Part shown: piece after piece, positions 30,418 through 40,294 of the stretch
Numbering within the stretch: position 1 is the first letter of the stretch
How the letters are laid out: each line of letters opens with the position of its first letter
From: Candidatus Binatia bacterium
Lineage (GTDB): Bacteria > Desulfobacterota > Binatia > UBA9968 > CAXXLF01
Length of the DNA stretch: 64,000 nt
Direction of reading: 5' to 3'
Assembly (NCBI GenBank): GCA_963664015.2
Contig: CAXXLF010000002.1
Coordinates: forward strand, 352,001 to 416,000
Notes under the pieces: generated by a model
What the model was told of the DNA's origin: nothing
Seen by the model: only the letters and a program-made list of their open reading frames with translations
Database searches by the model: none
Program-made: the position numbers and the translations under genes

Positions 30418-31291
30418 GTAGCAATAGCGCACGGTGTGGGACCGGGTGATTTTGAGATGTTAGCCATAAACCGCGCATCTTTGACAGCCTTCTGGAAAAC
30501 CGATTCGTGAAGGTGGTGACGCCGCTTCTCTCTTGTGAGCGAATCGATGTAATAACTGGTCACTGGAAAAACCCATTGCCAGCACTCGGATATTTGCGCT
30601 CAAAGGCATCGGGAAGGCTAACGCGCCCTAGGCCCTGCCTCAAGTCTTCCTCATGCTGTCGCTTCACGGTCTGCAAGTGTCGCAGGAGCGGGCCCTTCGC
30701 AGCAACAGGAAGCATTGTATATCGATCCTTGTCGCCCTTCCCCGTCCGAACGACGACGTGATTCTTAGTGAAGTCAATGTCTTTGACTCTCAAGCGGCAA
30801 CACTCCATGAGCCGCAGTCCAGCGCCATACAAAAGCAGGGCCATTAACCACGGAGCACCATCTAGACAGCCCATGAGCCGCCCTACTTCTTCTTTTGTAA
30901 GAACCACCGGCAAGCGTGTTGCTTTCTTGGCCCGAACAACTCCCTGAACGAGGCCGATCTTTTTTTCCAGAACTTGATGGTAGAAAATCAGGAGCGCATT
31001 CAATGCCTGGTTATGAGTGGAGGCGCTGACGCGGCGCTCCATGGCCAGGCTCGACAGGAAGCAAGCGATCTCTTGCTCACCCATTTCGGCCGGATGGCAC
31101 TTTCGATGGAAGAAGATGAACCGTTTGATCCAACCAACGTACGCTTGCTCTGTACTGTAACTCAGGTGGCGAGCACGAATAGCCTCGCACACCTGGTCGA
31201 GCAGTCGAGATTTGCCTACCGCCGGTTGGCCGTTTCGACCGATCGTTTTGAGCCTGTGGTAGACCAGGCTTTTTACTTTGGAATCCTCCAT
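30418..31291 (-). pseudogene. intI: Integron integrase (IntI), frameshifted, lacking the C-terminal catalytic Tyr region
   Basis: LLDQV..IR.RH.S.STEQAY..WIKRFIFFH, SASTHNQALNAL, LYGAGLRLME, GKGDKDR, integron-specific I2 insert (SLPDAFERKYP..WQWVFP..RRHHLHES); ends at HTVR. Confidence 0.93.
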
Positions 31292-31311
31292 AAGAACCTC
31301 CTTTCTCATCC

Positions 31312-34300
31312 TCAGTGAAAATCCCGGCTGGAAGTACCGACTATCTTTTTGAGATCGACCTTCGGGGTCCAGAGTTGCTGGGCTACCAGGTGGACGACGC
31401 CCTGCTTGACCTGAAGGGTTCCGGTGATGCCAAGGAACGCGGCGGTCTTGGCCACGACCGAGTAGCGCTCGAAGACACTGTCCCAGATGACCAGGTTCAC
31501 GAAGCCGCTCTCATCGTCCAGCGTCATAAAGACCACGCCGCCGGCGGTACCCGGCCGCTGGCGGCAGATCACCTGCCCTGCGTAGCGAATCTTTTTGCCG
31601 TCGGGCATGGAGGCCACGGTGCGGGCGTCGGGAAGACCCTGCGCCTTGAGCTGCTCGCGGAGCGGGGCCAGTGGGTGATGCCTGGGGCTGTGCTGGGTAC
31701 GGAGGTAGTCCCACGCGACCTCTTCGAAGGCGTTCAAGGGTTCGAAGGCCGGTTTGCCTTCGCAGTCCACCATGGAAAGGGACTCGTCTCGTGTATGGAC
31801 GAGCTGGCGCACCTCCCAGATGGCCGTGCGCCGGTCGAGACCGAAGCCCTCGCAGGCCCCCGCTTCGGCCAGGGCACCGAGCAGGCCCACATCGAGCCTG
31901 GTACGGCGGACAAAATCTGCAAGCGATACGAAACGGGAGTGACGCGCAGATTCAATCCTCCTCCAGTCACCGGCACTGAGCCCTTTCACGTACCGAAGCC
32001 CCATGCGCACGGCGAAGCCGCCGGTTCCTTCCGGGCAAGGCTCGAGGGTACAGTCCCAATCGCTCTCTTTGACATCCACCGGGCGCACCACAATGCTGTG
32101 ACGCTTGGCGTCTTCCACGATCGTGGCCGGTGTGTAAAAACCCATAGGCTGAGCGTTAAGCAGGGCGCAGGTGAACTCGGCCGGATAGTGGCACTTGAGC
32201 CACGCCGTGGCGTAGGCAATCAAGGCGAAGCTCGCCGCATGGCTCTCGGGAAAGCCGTATTCCCCGAAGCCACGGATCTGGTCGAAGACGCGCTCAGCGA
32301 ACTCGGGGGTGATCCCCTTGGCCTGCATGCGCGAGATGAGCCGTTCGCGATGGCGTTCCATACGGCCGGTGTGGTGCCAGGCCGCCATGTCACGCCTGAG
32401 CTGGTCGGCCTCGCCCGGCGTGTAGTCGGCGGCGACCACCGCCAGACGCATCACCTGTTCCTGAAAGAGCGGCACGCCAAGGGTTTTTTCGAGGACAGGG
32501 ATCAGGCTCGGGTGCGGATACTCCACGGGTTCCTCGCCGTTGCGCCGGCGCAAATAGGGATGCACCATGCCGCCGACAATCGGCCCGGGGCGCACGATGC
32601 TGATCTCGATAACGATGTCGTAAAAGTTTCGCGGCTTCATGCGCGGCAGCATGGCCATCTGGGCCCGGCTCTCGATCTGAAAGGTCCCCAGCGTATCGGC
32701 CCGGGTCATCATCTCGAAAGTCCCACGGTCTCCCGGCGGGATCGTGGCCATGGAAAGCTCCACCCCCCGGTGTCTCTCGAGAAGACGGAAGCAGCGGTCG
32801 AGATGCGTGAGTCCCCCCAATCCCAGGAGGTCGATCTTGAAGAGCCCCAGGTTCTCCAGGTCTTCCTTGTCCCACTGGATAACCGTGCGCTCCGCCATGC
32901 TCCCATTCTCGATGGGAACGATGTCGTGCACGGGTTCATGACCGAGGAGGAACCCGCCGGGGTGGATCGAGAGGTGGCGCGGAAATTCCAGGATCTCGTT
33001 GGCAAGCTGCATGAGATGCCCATGCACGGGAAGCTCCGGGTCGAGCCCCGCCTGCCTGAGCGCCCCCGGAGTCACCTCTTCGAAGTGCGCAAGGAGCTTG
33101 GCCAGGCGATCCATAGCGGTCTCCGGAAGTCCCAGGGCCTTGCCCACATCACGCACGGCGGAGCGAGTCCGGTAACGGATCACGTTGGCCACCATCGCTG
33201 CGCGGTCGCGCCCGTACTTTTCGTAGATATGCTGGATGGCCTCCTCGCGCCGGTCGTGCTGGATATCGAGATCGATATCCGGGGGCTCGGCGCGTTCCTG
33301 AGAGATGAAGCGCTCGAACAAGAGCCCCATCCTCACCGGATCGATAGCCGTGATGCCGAGACAATAACAGACGGCCGAGTTGGCCGCTGAACCCCGTCCC
33401 TGGCAGAGGATATCGTGCTCACGGCAGAACCTGACCAGCTCCCACATGGTGAGAAAGTAGCCCGGGTAGTCCAGGGCCTCGATCAGTGCAAGCTCTTTTT
33501 CCAGCTGGCTCACGACCTCCGGTGGCACCTCCCCGCCATAGCGACCTCGCGCACCTTCATAGGTGAGACAGCGGAGCCACTGGGAAGAGGTCCTCCCGTC
33601 GGGCATACGCTCCGAGGGGTAGCGATAGTGGATCTCGGCGAGGGAGAACGTGCAGCGCTCGGCGATCTCTTCGGTCCGAACCACCGTCAGCGGGTCGTCC
33701 GCATAGAGCGTCCGGAAGGCAACGGAAGACAACAGGGCATGCCCGGCGTTGGGCTTGAGCCTCCGTCCCGCGGAGGATACGGGAGTCAGGTGGCGGATGG
33801 CGGTGAGGATGTCCTGGAGCGGGCGGCGGGCAGGCGTGTGGTAGAGCACTTCCGTTGCCGCAACCAGCGATAGGCCATAGTGCGCCGCGCGCTGGCGCAG
33901 ACGCGCTTCTCCCCGTACCTCTCCATCCCGGCGATGCCGTGCAACCATAGCGTAGAGCCTGTTATCAAACACATCACGCAAATGACCCACGACTTCTCCG
34001 GGATCCTCCTCACCCACGAGCAAACTCCGCTCACCGCCCAAGAGGGCAACGAGCCCGGCCCCGTGCCGGCAGACCTCGTCCCATGTCACACGGCTCCCCC
34101 CCTTGGGAGAGCGCAGGCGCCCGACAGTAATGAGACGGCAGAGATTGGCGTACCCACTCCTGCTCTCGACCAGGAGGACGATCGCCGATCCATCGTCCAC
34201 GGTGATCTGTGACCCCACGATCAAAGGAAGCCCCAACTCCCGGGCCTTCACATGGGCACGCACAATGCCGTAGACACCATCGCGGTCGGTGAGGGCCAGG

Positions 34301-34401
34301 GCGGGAAGGCCGAGACGATGGGCCTGTTCCACCAGCTCATCGGGATGGCTCGCCCCTTCGAGAAAGGAAAAGTTGCTCTTGCACCAGAGGGGAACGTACA
34401 T
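31312..34401 (-). CDS. dnaE2: Error-prone DNA polymerase DnaE2 (ImuC)
   Basis: [39 protein letters not shown]-terminal SRDFH hallmark. Confidence 0.97.
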   Translation of the reverse strand: MYVPLWCKSNFSFLEGASHPDELVEQAHRLGLPALALTDRDGVYGIVRAHVKARELGLPLIVGSQITVDDGSAIVLLVESRSGYANLCRLITVGRLRSPKGGSRVTWDEVCRHGAGLVALLGGERSLLVGEEDPGEVVGHLRDVFDNRLYAMVARHRRDGEVRGEARLRQRAAHYGLSLVAATEVLYHTPARRPLQDILTAIRHLTPVSSAGRRLKPNAGHALLSSVAFRTLYADDPLTVVRTEEIAERCTFSLAEIHYRYPSERMPDGRTSSQWLRCLTYEGARGRYGGEVPPEVVSQLEKELALIEALDYPGYFLTMWELVRFCREHDILCQGRGSAANSAVCYCLGITAIDPVRMGLLFERFISQERAEPPDIDLDIQHDRREEAIQHIYEKYGRDRAAMVANVIRYRTRSAVRDVGKALGLPETAMDRLAKLLAHFEEVTPGALRQAGLDPELPVHGHLMQLANEILEFPRHLSIHPGGFLLGHEPVHDIVPIENGSMAERTVIQWDKEDLENLGLFKIDLLGLGGLTHLDRCFRLLERHRGVELSMATIPPGDRGTFEMMTRADTLGTFQIESRAQMAMLPRMKPRNFYDIVIEISIVRPGPIVGGMVHPYLRRRNGEEPVEYPHPSLIPVLEKTLGVPLFQEQVMRLAVVAADYTPGEADQLRRDMAAWHHTGRMERHRERLISRMQAKGITPEFAERVFDQIRGFGEYGFPESHAASFALIAYATAWLKCHYPAEFTCALLNAQPMGFYTPATIVEDAKRHSIVVRPVDVKESDWDCTLEPCPEGTGGFAVRMGLRYVKGLSAGDWRRIESARHSRFVSLADFVRRTRLDVGLLGALAEAGACEGFGLDRRTAIWEVRQLVHTRDESLSMVDCEGKPAFEPLNAFEEVAWDYLRTQHSPRHHPLAPLREQLKAQGLPDARTVASMPDGKKIRYAGQVICRQRPGTAGGVVFMTLDDESGFVNLVIWDSVFERYSVVAKTAAFLGITGTLQVKQGVVHLVAQQLWTPKVDLKKIVGTSSRDFH

Positions 34402-34625
34402 ACAGCGATCGGAGGTCAGAAGTCAGATATCAGCGATTCTGAGTTCATTGAGTTTGTTGAGTTCGGTCGGGTTGGTAACCAATTGACTGTTGACGATTAA
34501 CCATTTGCCATTCTCTATCTTCTATCTTCCATCCTCCGACCTTGGTGTCCTTTGCGTCTTTGCGCGAGATATTCTTTATCCGAACCGACCTCTGACTTTC
34601 GACTTCTATTCACTATTCGCTATTC
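34402..34625. repeat. Mosaic 7-nt/9-nt periodic repeat element A
   Basis: AGGTCAG AAGTCAG ATATCAG; GAGTTCATT GAGTTTGTT GAGTTCGGT; TATCTTC TATCTTC CATCCTC; CTATTCA CTATTCG CTATTCT. Confidence 0.85.
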
Positions 34626-36110
34626 TCATTCTACCGCCCCTTGCAGGAACCAGCGGCGGCGCTGCCGGTCGTGATAGACCCACAGGAGATTGCCGCGCCG
34701 GGTCTCGGCAAAGTAGTACTCTCGATGCACCTCCCGAACCCACCAACCGCCGGAGAAGACGTACGGCCCGATGAGTCTCTCTACCGCCCCGTATCTCGCC
34801 CCCAGGAGAAGCCACCCGTCCTCCCGCGTCCAGTGAGGTTGGGAAGGCAAGGGAATCGGCTTTACAAAGATCCGGCGCAGCAGGGTCTCGGCCCCCCGTC
34901 CCGGTTCGGGGAGCTTGACGTGCTCGAAGGGCTCCCAGCTGAACTGTGCCTCGGGTAGATGTCCATAGGTCAACTTCGCCCGCACCACCGCCTGCTCACC
35001 GAACTCGGCGCGCAGGCGAGCCAACGCCCGATTGGCGGCGTCGAGGTCGCGCGTGGGCCGTTCGGTGAAAAGCCGAAGTTGTTCCCGTGTAGCCGCACCG
35101 GCCACGACTGTAACCTCGACCTCCACCACTCCGGCGGCGAGTTTCAGTGTCTCCAGGCGCAAGCGGACCAGATCGAGCAGCTGGACCGGATCCAAGGTGG
35201 GCACGGCGGGGCGGATGTGATGTTGGTGCGAGCCGTCTCGATCAACGAGCAAGTCGAGTTCGAGTTCCGCCACCGCCTCGCTTCGAGTGGCAAGGGTCGT
35301 AAGCATAGGATGGAGGAGCTGTTTGATAAGGAAGATGAGACGGGTGGTGTCTGTCTCCGGATCGTCGAGCAGGAGTCTCTGCCGAACCGGTTCCTTGGGC
35401 ACAAAAGGCTTGAGTGGCGCCCACAGATCGCCGGCGGCCATCCGGTAAAGGCGGTGGGCCTTTGGCCCGAAACGCTCGTGCAGTCCTCCCACCGGTAGAG
35501 AAAGCAAGGCCCCGACGGTCCTTATCTTCAGCTTGAAAAGCGTATCGCGGAAGTCCGGATCGAGATCGAGAAGCCCCAGGGGTATCTCTTGTGCCGCCCG
35601 ACGCTCCGCAGAAGGGTCGGCGAAAACCACAGTCCCTTCTTTCACTTTGGCCACCGCGTAGGTCCCGAAGCGGGTAAATCCGACGGCCACCCTTGCATGG
35701 AAGCCTCGACCCTGGAGATCCCTATGGAGGACACGGCCCCACTCTTCGAACGAAGGATAGAGCAAACCGAGACCGAGCCCATTGAGCCAGAAGACCCCGG
35801 GCTCTTCGCCGGAAGGCTCGACCTCGGGAGTAAAGCGCATCAGACGATGGGTCAGCTCGGTTGTTTCTTTTTCGATCTCAGCCAATGGAACTACGCCGGC
35901 ATGCAGGCCGGGCTCCAGAGAAGCACCGGTGGCATAGTGCAACCCGGGCAGGACTCCCGCTCGGCGCGCCTTTTGGTTGACCCATAGGATCACCGCCTGC
36001 GGTTTATCCTCGGCTACTACGGCCACCGGACGGTCCGTCCACTCGGGATGGCGCCTGAGCAGGAGCTGGAGCGGAAACACTGGAAGATTAGCGCAGGCCA
36101 GCCGGTCCAC
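34626..36110 (-). CDS. imuB: ImuB, Y-family polymerase-like accessory protein
   Basis: A.RAGV.PG, FTPEVE, RLRAEFG, GGWW..REYY..LWVY.D..WFLQG; lies between imuA and dnaE2; GTG start inferred. Confidence 0.9.
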   Translation of the reverse strand: MDRLACANLPVFPLQLLLRRHPEWTDRPVAVVAEDKPQAVILWVNQKARRAGVLPGLHYATGASLEPGLHAGVVPLAEIEKETTELTHRLMRFTPEVEPSGEEPGVFWLNGLGLGLLYPSFEEWGRVLHRDLQGRGFHARVAVGFTRFGTYAVAKVKEGTVVFADPSAERRAAQEIPLGLLDLDPDFRDTLFKLKIRTVGALLSLPVGGLHERFGPKAHRLYRMAAGDLWAPLKPFVPKEPVRQRLLLDDPETDTTRLIFLIKQLLHPMLTTLATRSEAVAELELDLLVDRDGSHQHHIRPAVPTLDPVQLLDLVRLRLETLKLAAGVVEVEVTVVAGAATREQLRLFTERPTRDLDAANRALARLRAEFGEQAVVRAKLTYGHLPEAQFSWEPFEHVKLPEPGRGAETLLRRIFVKPIPLPSQPHWTREDGWLLLGARYGAVERLIGPYVFSGGWWVREVHREYYFAETRRGNLLWVYHDRQRRRWFLQGAVE

Positions 36111-36696
36111 GACATATCTCCCGTTGAGTCCAGGTAGGACCCCGACGCTTATCTTTGAGAACATTCAGCTCACATGCGAACCGACCCTCCGAGACCTTTT
36201 TCCGCTGGGCATGAACCCTGAGCGAGATGAGTGATCCCAGGGACGGCTCCCCGCTCGGTTTCTCCGTAAGACAAACCAGAGCGGCGTGGTGTCGATTGGT
36301 AAGGCCGGCCAAACGCGACTGTAGCGGCATCGGGATCTTTACCGCGCCGATATCAAGCACGACCAGAGCAAAGGCACCCGAGCGCAGGAGCTTTTCACCA
36401 ACCCGAGAAACAGTGTGAAGGTCAGGGACACGAACAACCACCAGCGAGCCAAGATCCACGCCTCGCTCGGCAGCGTCGGGTGGATAAAAGGAACTCCCAC
36501 TCCCAGTACCCCAGCCCACCAGCTCACCCCGCTGCTGCGCCTCGAGCACCAAGCCGAAGGCGAGGGTGAGTGAAGCGGTTGCTCCCGATCCCGAGATCTC
36601 CACCAGACGCCCGGTGATCTCCGGAAGAGTCCAGTGGCTCCGTTGAGCGGACTCAACAACGGATTGTTTGAGACTTGTCGTCTGAAAAGAGTTCAC
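36088..36696 (-). CDS. imuA: ImuA / RecA-like accessory protein
   Basis: GRLVEISG, FYPPDAA..GVDL..L.VVR, LLRSGAF.LVVLD; degenerate Walker A. Confidence 0.85.
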   Translation of the reverse strand: MNSFQTTSLKQSVVESAQRSHWTLPEITGRLVEISGSGATASLTLAFGLVLEAQQRGELVGWGTGSGSSFYPPDAAERGVDLGSLVVVRVPDLHTVSRVGEKLLRSGAFALVVLDIGAVKIPMPLQSRLAGLTNRHHAALVCLTEKPSGEPSLGSLISLRVHAQRKKVSEGRFACELNVLKDKRRGPTWTQREICRGPAGLR

Positions 36697-36757
36697 GATT
36701 GTCCCCCTACCCCCCTTGGGAAAAAGCTTAAAAGAGCCCCCTCAATATGGGGTGGAC

Positions 36758-36786
36758 AGATTAGGCGAATAAAAAACGAAAGTCAA
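36758..36786 (-). promoter_or_regulatory. sigma70 promoter of the imuA operon with SOS-box-like direct repeat in the spacer
   Basis: Minus strand TTGACT-ttcgttttttattcgcc(17)-TAATCT; spacer holds TTCG-N7-TTCG. Confidence 0.65.
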
Positions 36787-36943
36787 TTCAAAAAGGCACT
36801 GGGCAGAGAAAACTATCGGAAAAAGATAGGGTTTTTATGTTGCTATGGAGCAGTCGCCAGGATATATTACCCTATAAGTACTCAATGTCCCGAAGGCCCC
36901 CCCCCGGGGGACCCCGAACAATCCATCCAGAAATGGCTAGCCA

Positions 36944-37348
36944 ATGAAGGAAAAAGTTCAAAAGACGGAAGAGGATTGGGAAAAAGACCTCACCCCGGAG
37001 CAGTTCGCGGTCTGCCGTAAAAAGGGAACCGAGCGACCCTTTAGCGGGAAATATCACGACTGCAAAGACAAGGGCCTCTACCAGTGCGTGTGCTGCGGAA
37101 ACGACCTGTTCAGCTCGGAAACCAAGTTCGACTCCGGCACCGGGTGGCCAAGCTTCTGGGCCCCCATGGACCCCGAGTGCGTAGCCGAAGAATCCGATAA
37201 CAGCCACTTAATGCAAAGGGTGGAGGCCCTCTGCAATAGCTGTGGCGCCCACCTCGGGCACGTCTTTGACGATGCTCCCCAACCGACCAACAAACGCTAC
37301 TGCATCAACTCGGTTTCCCTCAAGCTCGCTAAGGATATGAAGTCATAG
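36944..37348 (+). CDS. msrB: Peptide-methionine (R)-S-oxide reductase
   Basis: GTERPF, CVCC, KFDSGTGWPSF, HLGHVF, RYCINS. Confidence 0.97.
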   Translation: MKEKVQKTEEDWEKDLTPEQFAVCRKKGTERPFSGKYHDCKDKGLYQCVCCGNDLFSSETKFDSGTGWPSFWAPMDPECVAEESDNSHLMQRVEALCNSCGAHLGHVFDDAPQPTNKRYCINSVSLKLAKDMKS

Positions 37349-37415
37349 GTGCCCATCTTCTTCCATCACGGGCCTACAGGCCTGCCTCTACAACTCTACC
37401 GTCGGGAGATCTGTT

Positions 37416-38156
37416 ATGATTGTCGAACGATTGCCCGAAAAATTTGAAAAGAGACTTGCAGCATTCGTCACCACCGCACGGGACCTACTGGGATCAGACC
37501 TGAAGAGCATCACTCTTTACGGCAGCGCGGCACGGGGTGAGTTCGACACCAAACGATCTGACCTGAACATCCTCCTGGTCTTGAACGAGGTCCAGTACCG
37601 TCACCTGGCGACCCTGGCTCCTTATATAAGGAAGTGGTCCCGTCAGCGCATCGCGACACCGCTGGTTGTGAACCCTCAGTATATTGCCAGCGCCCTGGAT
37701 GTCTATCCACTGGAGTTTCTCGACATGCAATCGGCCCGCAGGGTGCTCTTCGGCGACGACGTGCTGGCCGATATTGATCCTCCTGACCAATCCGTAAGGC
37801 GCCAATGCGAACAGGAGGCCAGGGGAAAGCTTCTCCACCTGCGTGAAATCGTGATGGAAACTGCTCTGAAGCCTCGACACCTCAAGCAAGCCATTATTAT
37901 TTCTGTACCCTCATTTATAAAGATCGGCCGGCATGTCCTGAGACTCCAGGAACATCGGCCTATCGTTCATAGCCAGGATGTGATCACGGAGCTGCGCAAG
38001 GTATCGGAGCTCTCGCTGGATGGCCTGGAGGCCGCCTGGCAGATCAAGACGGGGGAGCAGAGCCCTTCCCGTCACGAACTCCCATCCCTCTTTGAGACCT
38101 ATCTAAACGACGTCATGGCCATCACCCGTTATGTAAATACGATGAAGGTCGGCTAG
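37416..38156 (+). CDS. Nucleotidyltransferase-domain protein
   Basis: LYGSAARG....SDLN, DVYPLEFLDM. Confidence 0.85.
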   Translation: MIVERLPEKFEKRLAAFVTTARDLLGSDLKSITLYGSAARGEFDTKRSDLNILLVLNEVQYRHLATLAPYIRKWSRQRIATPLVVNPQYIASALDVYPLEFLDMQSARRVLFGDDVLADIDPPDQSVRRQCEQEARGKLLHLREIVMETALKPRHLKQAIIISVPSFIKIGRHVLRLQEHRPIVHSQDVITELRKVSELSLDGLEAAWQIKTGEQSPSRHELPSLFETYLNDVMAITRYVNTMKVG

Positions 38157-38174
38157 CGTCGGATAACGAAGCTA

Positions 38175-38996
38175 TTGTTGATCTTCTTTGAGAACATTGG
38201 CGTGATGACTGCTTCATTCCTTTTTGCTTCTTTCGTGTTTCGTCTGCGGGCAAGGACAGTGGCGGCTTTTATGGCGTTGCTGATTTGTCTCCCTTCGATG
38301 GCGATAGCGGCCCAGATAGACGTCGTCCCCTTCAAAAACTATGTCAACGATTACGCCGGCACGGTGAACGATTCAACCGAGGCGCAACTCAATACCCTAC
38401 TCAAACAACTGGAGTCCAAAACCGGAGCCCAGATCGCCGTCGTCGTAATTGACTCCACCGAAGGGGTACCACCGTCGGACTATGCGGTCGAATTCGGTCA
38501 AAAATGGGGAGTCGGTAAAAAGGAGAAAGACAACGGGGTCGTCTTTCTCGTGGCTGTAAAAGATCGCAAGGTATTCATTGCAACCGGGTATGGCGTCGAA
38601 CCCATCCTGCCCGACGGGAAAGTTGGCCGCATTCGGGACCAGGTCATCTTACCCCACTTCCGGAAAGGAAATATGGAGGCCGGCATCGTCAACGGCACGA
38701 TTTACCTGGCCCAGGAGATCGCCAAAGCCAACGGCACCTCTGTCCAGTCCCTGGCATCAGGAATCAGGAGCCCACCACCTTTACAGAAGCAGCGGCGAGG
38801 CTCGCTCTTCGGCGGCTTTCCCCTGCTCCTCCTGTTTCTGCTATTTTTTGCGCGTGGAAGGCTCGGCCTCTTGCCGCTCCTTTTTCTTGGAGGCTTCGGG
38901 AGGAGCGGCAGCTTCGGAGGAGGATTCGGTGGTGGTGGATTTGGAGGCGGCATGGGAGGCGGATTCGGCGGCGGTGGCGCAGGTGGTAGCTGGTAA
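38175..38996 (+). CDS. TPM-domain (YgcG-like) membrane protein; start uncertain
   Basis: VNDYAG, WGVG..DNG, GYGVE.LPD, Gly-rich tail FGGGGAGGSW. Confidence 0.92.
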   Translation: MLIFFENIGVMTASFLFASFVFRLRARTVAAFMALLICLPSMAIAAQIDVVPFKNYVNDYAGTVNDSTEAQLNTLLKQLESKTGAQIAVVVIDSTEGVPPSDYAVEFGQKWGVGKKEKDNGVVFLVAVKDRKVFIATGYGVEPILPDGKVGRIRDQVILPHFRKGNMEAGIVNGTIYLAQEIAKANGTSVQSLASGIRSPPPLQKQRRGSLFGGFPLLLLFLLFFARGRLGLLPLLFLGGFGRSGSFGGGFGGGGFGGGMGGGFGGGGAGGSW

Positions 38997-39023
38997 GAGT
39001 ATTATTGAGAGGGAAAAGCAAAA

Positions 39024-39599
39024 ATGAAAAAGGGACTCACTATCGTAGGAATCACCCTTGGACTGATCGTCATTCTGGCCATTGGGAGCTGCGGGTACGT
39101 CGTTTCGCTGCGTAACGGCTTAGTGACGAAGGAAGAGAGCATCAGGGGACAATGGGCACAGGTAGAGAACGTACTTCAGCGCCGTAGCGATCTCATTCCC
39201 AACCTAGTCAACACGGTGAAGGGTATTGCCGCCCAGGAAAAAGAGGTCTTCTTAGGCATCGCCGAATCCAGGGCAAAACTGGGAGGGGCCAAGACCATCG
39301 GCGACAAGATCAACGCAGCCAACGGCATGTCCTCGGCACTGGGACGTCTACTGGTGGTTGTCGAGCGCTATCCCGATCTGAAATCAAACCAGAATTTCCT
39401 GTCATTGCAGGACGAACTGGCCGGCACGGAAAACCGTATCGTTGTGGAACGGAAGCGTTATAACGACAGGGTGCGAGAATTCAATACGGGCATCCGCCGC
39501 TTTCCAGGCAATCTCGTTGCCTCCTCTATGGCTCTCAGCTCGTTTCCTTATTATGAGGTGCCTGCGGAGAAAAAAAAAGTGCCTCAGGTTAAGTTCTGA
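39024..39599 (+). CDS. lemA: LemA family protein
   Basis: QRRSDLIPNLV, ERYPDLKS, GTENRI, P.VKF. Confidence 0.95.
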   Translation: MKKGLTIVGITLGLIVILAIGSCGYVVSLRNGLVTKEESIRGQWAQVENVLQRRSDLIPNLVNTVKGIAAQEKEVFLGIAESRAKLGGAKTIGDKINAANGMSSALGRLLVVVERYPDLKSNQNFLSLQDELAGTENRIVVERKRYNDRVREFNTGIRRFPGNLVASSMALSSFPYYEVPAEKKKVPQVKF

Positions 39600-39628
39600 T
39601 ACCTTTGAGATGAGAATTCCACAAGCCC

Positions 39629-40261
39629 TTGGTCGTTGAGCACGTGAACCCTCGCAAGGATCCAATCCTCGCAGCAATTCTTTCTGGTCTGATTCCAGGG
39701 TTGGGACAGATCTACTGCGGCAGATGGGGTAAAGGCGCCCTTTTCTTTTTCGGAATCGTGGTCCTAGGCGGAATTTTCCCTCTCCTCGCCATTGGGATAT
39801 GGGTCTGGGGCATCGTCGATGCATATGGCATTGCCAAAAACACGCAAGGCGGTGGTGTGGCGGGAGAAGGTCCCGTTATCGATATCAGTAGAGCCTCGTT
39901 TCCTCAAATCGACATACGTCAGGTTGCGACATACGTGGGCATCCCCCTGGGGATCGCGGTGCTGCTTGCAATCATGGGCTTCTTTGCTCTGAGCCGTTAT
40001 GGTTTTTTGGGCGTTGATCATTCGGGTAAGAAACTGGAGCCTCTCATTGCAAGGATCGAAGCTTATAAAGACAAGACAGGTGTCTACCCAGATACGCTTC
40101 TGGCAATGATCGATCCGACGGACCCCATGGAGAAAAGACAGATCCTCGACTCGTGGAGCCGTTTCTACCGCTACCGGCCCACCGGTAGCAGCTTTGAGCT
40201 TTCCAGTTCAGGGAAAGATGGGCAGCCGGACACCGATGACGACATCCGTTATTATCCATAA
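39629..40261 (+). CDS. TM2/DUF5683-like membrane domain fused to GspG-like C-terminal domain
   Basis: KDPILAAILS..PGLGQIYCG; then TM and Y..TG.YP..L..DSW..Y.Y..F.L.S.GKDG..TDDDI. Confidence 0.7.
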   Translation: MVVEHVNPRKDPILAAILSGLIPGLGQIYCGRWGKGALFFFGIVVLGGIFPLLAIGIWVWGIVDAYGIAKNTQGGGVAGEGPVIDISRASFPQIDIRQVATYVGIPLGIAVLLAIMGFFALSRYGFLGVDHSGKKLEPLIARIEAYKDKTGVYPDTLLAMIDPTDPMEKRQILDSWSRFYRYRPTGSSFELSSSGKDGQPDTDDDIRYYP

Positions 40262-40294
40262 GAACTTATTTTTGCAACGCTACCTCTAATTGCT

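Noticed and set aside
30427-30432. GTGCG at the intI breakpoint as a group II intron 5' end
   Set aside because: It coincides with the Val-Arg codons; no RT ORF or domain V recognised
31315-33390. 691-aa plus-strand ORF
   Set aside because: Antisense shadow of GC-rich dnaE2, with no motifs
36944-37348. MsrB as a selenoprotein
   Set aside because: The catalytic codon is TGC (RYCINS)
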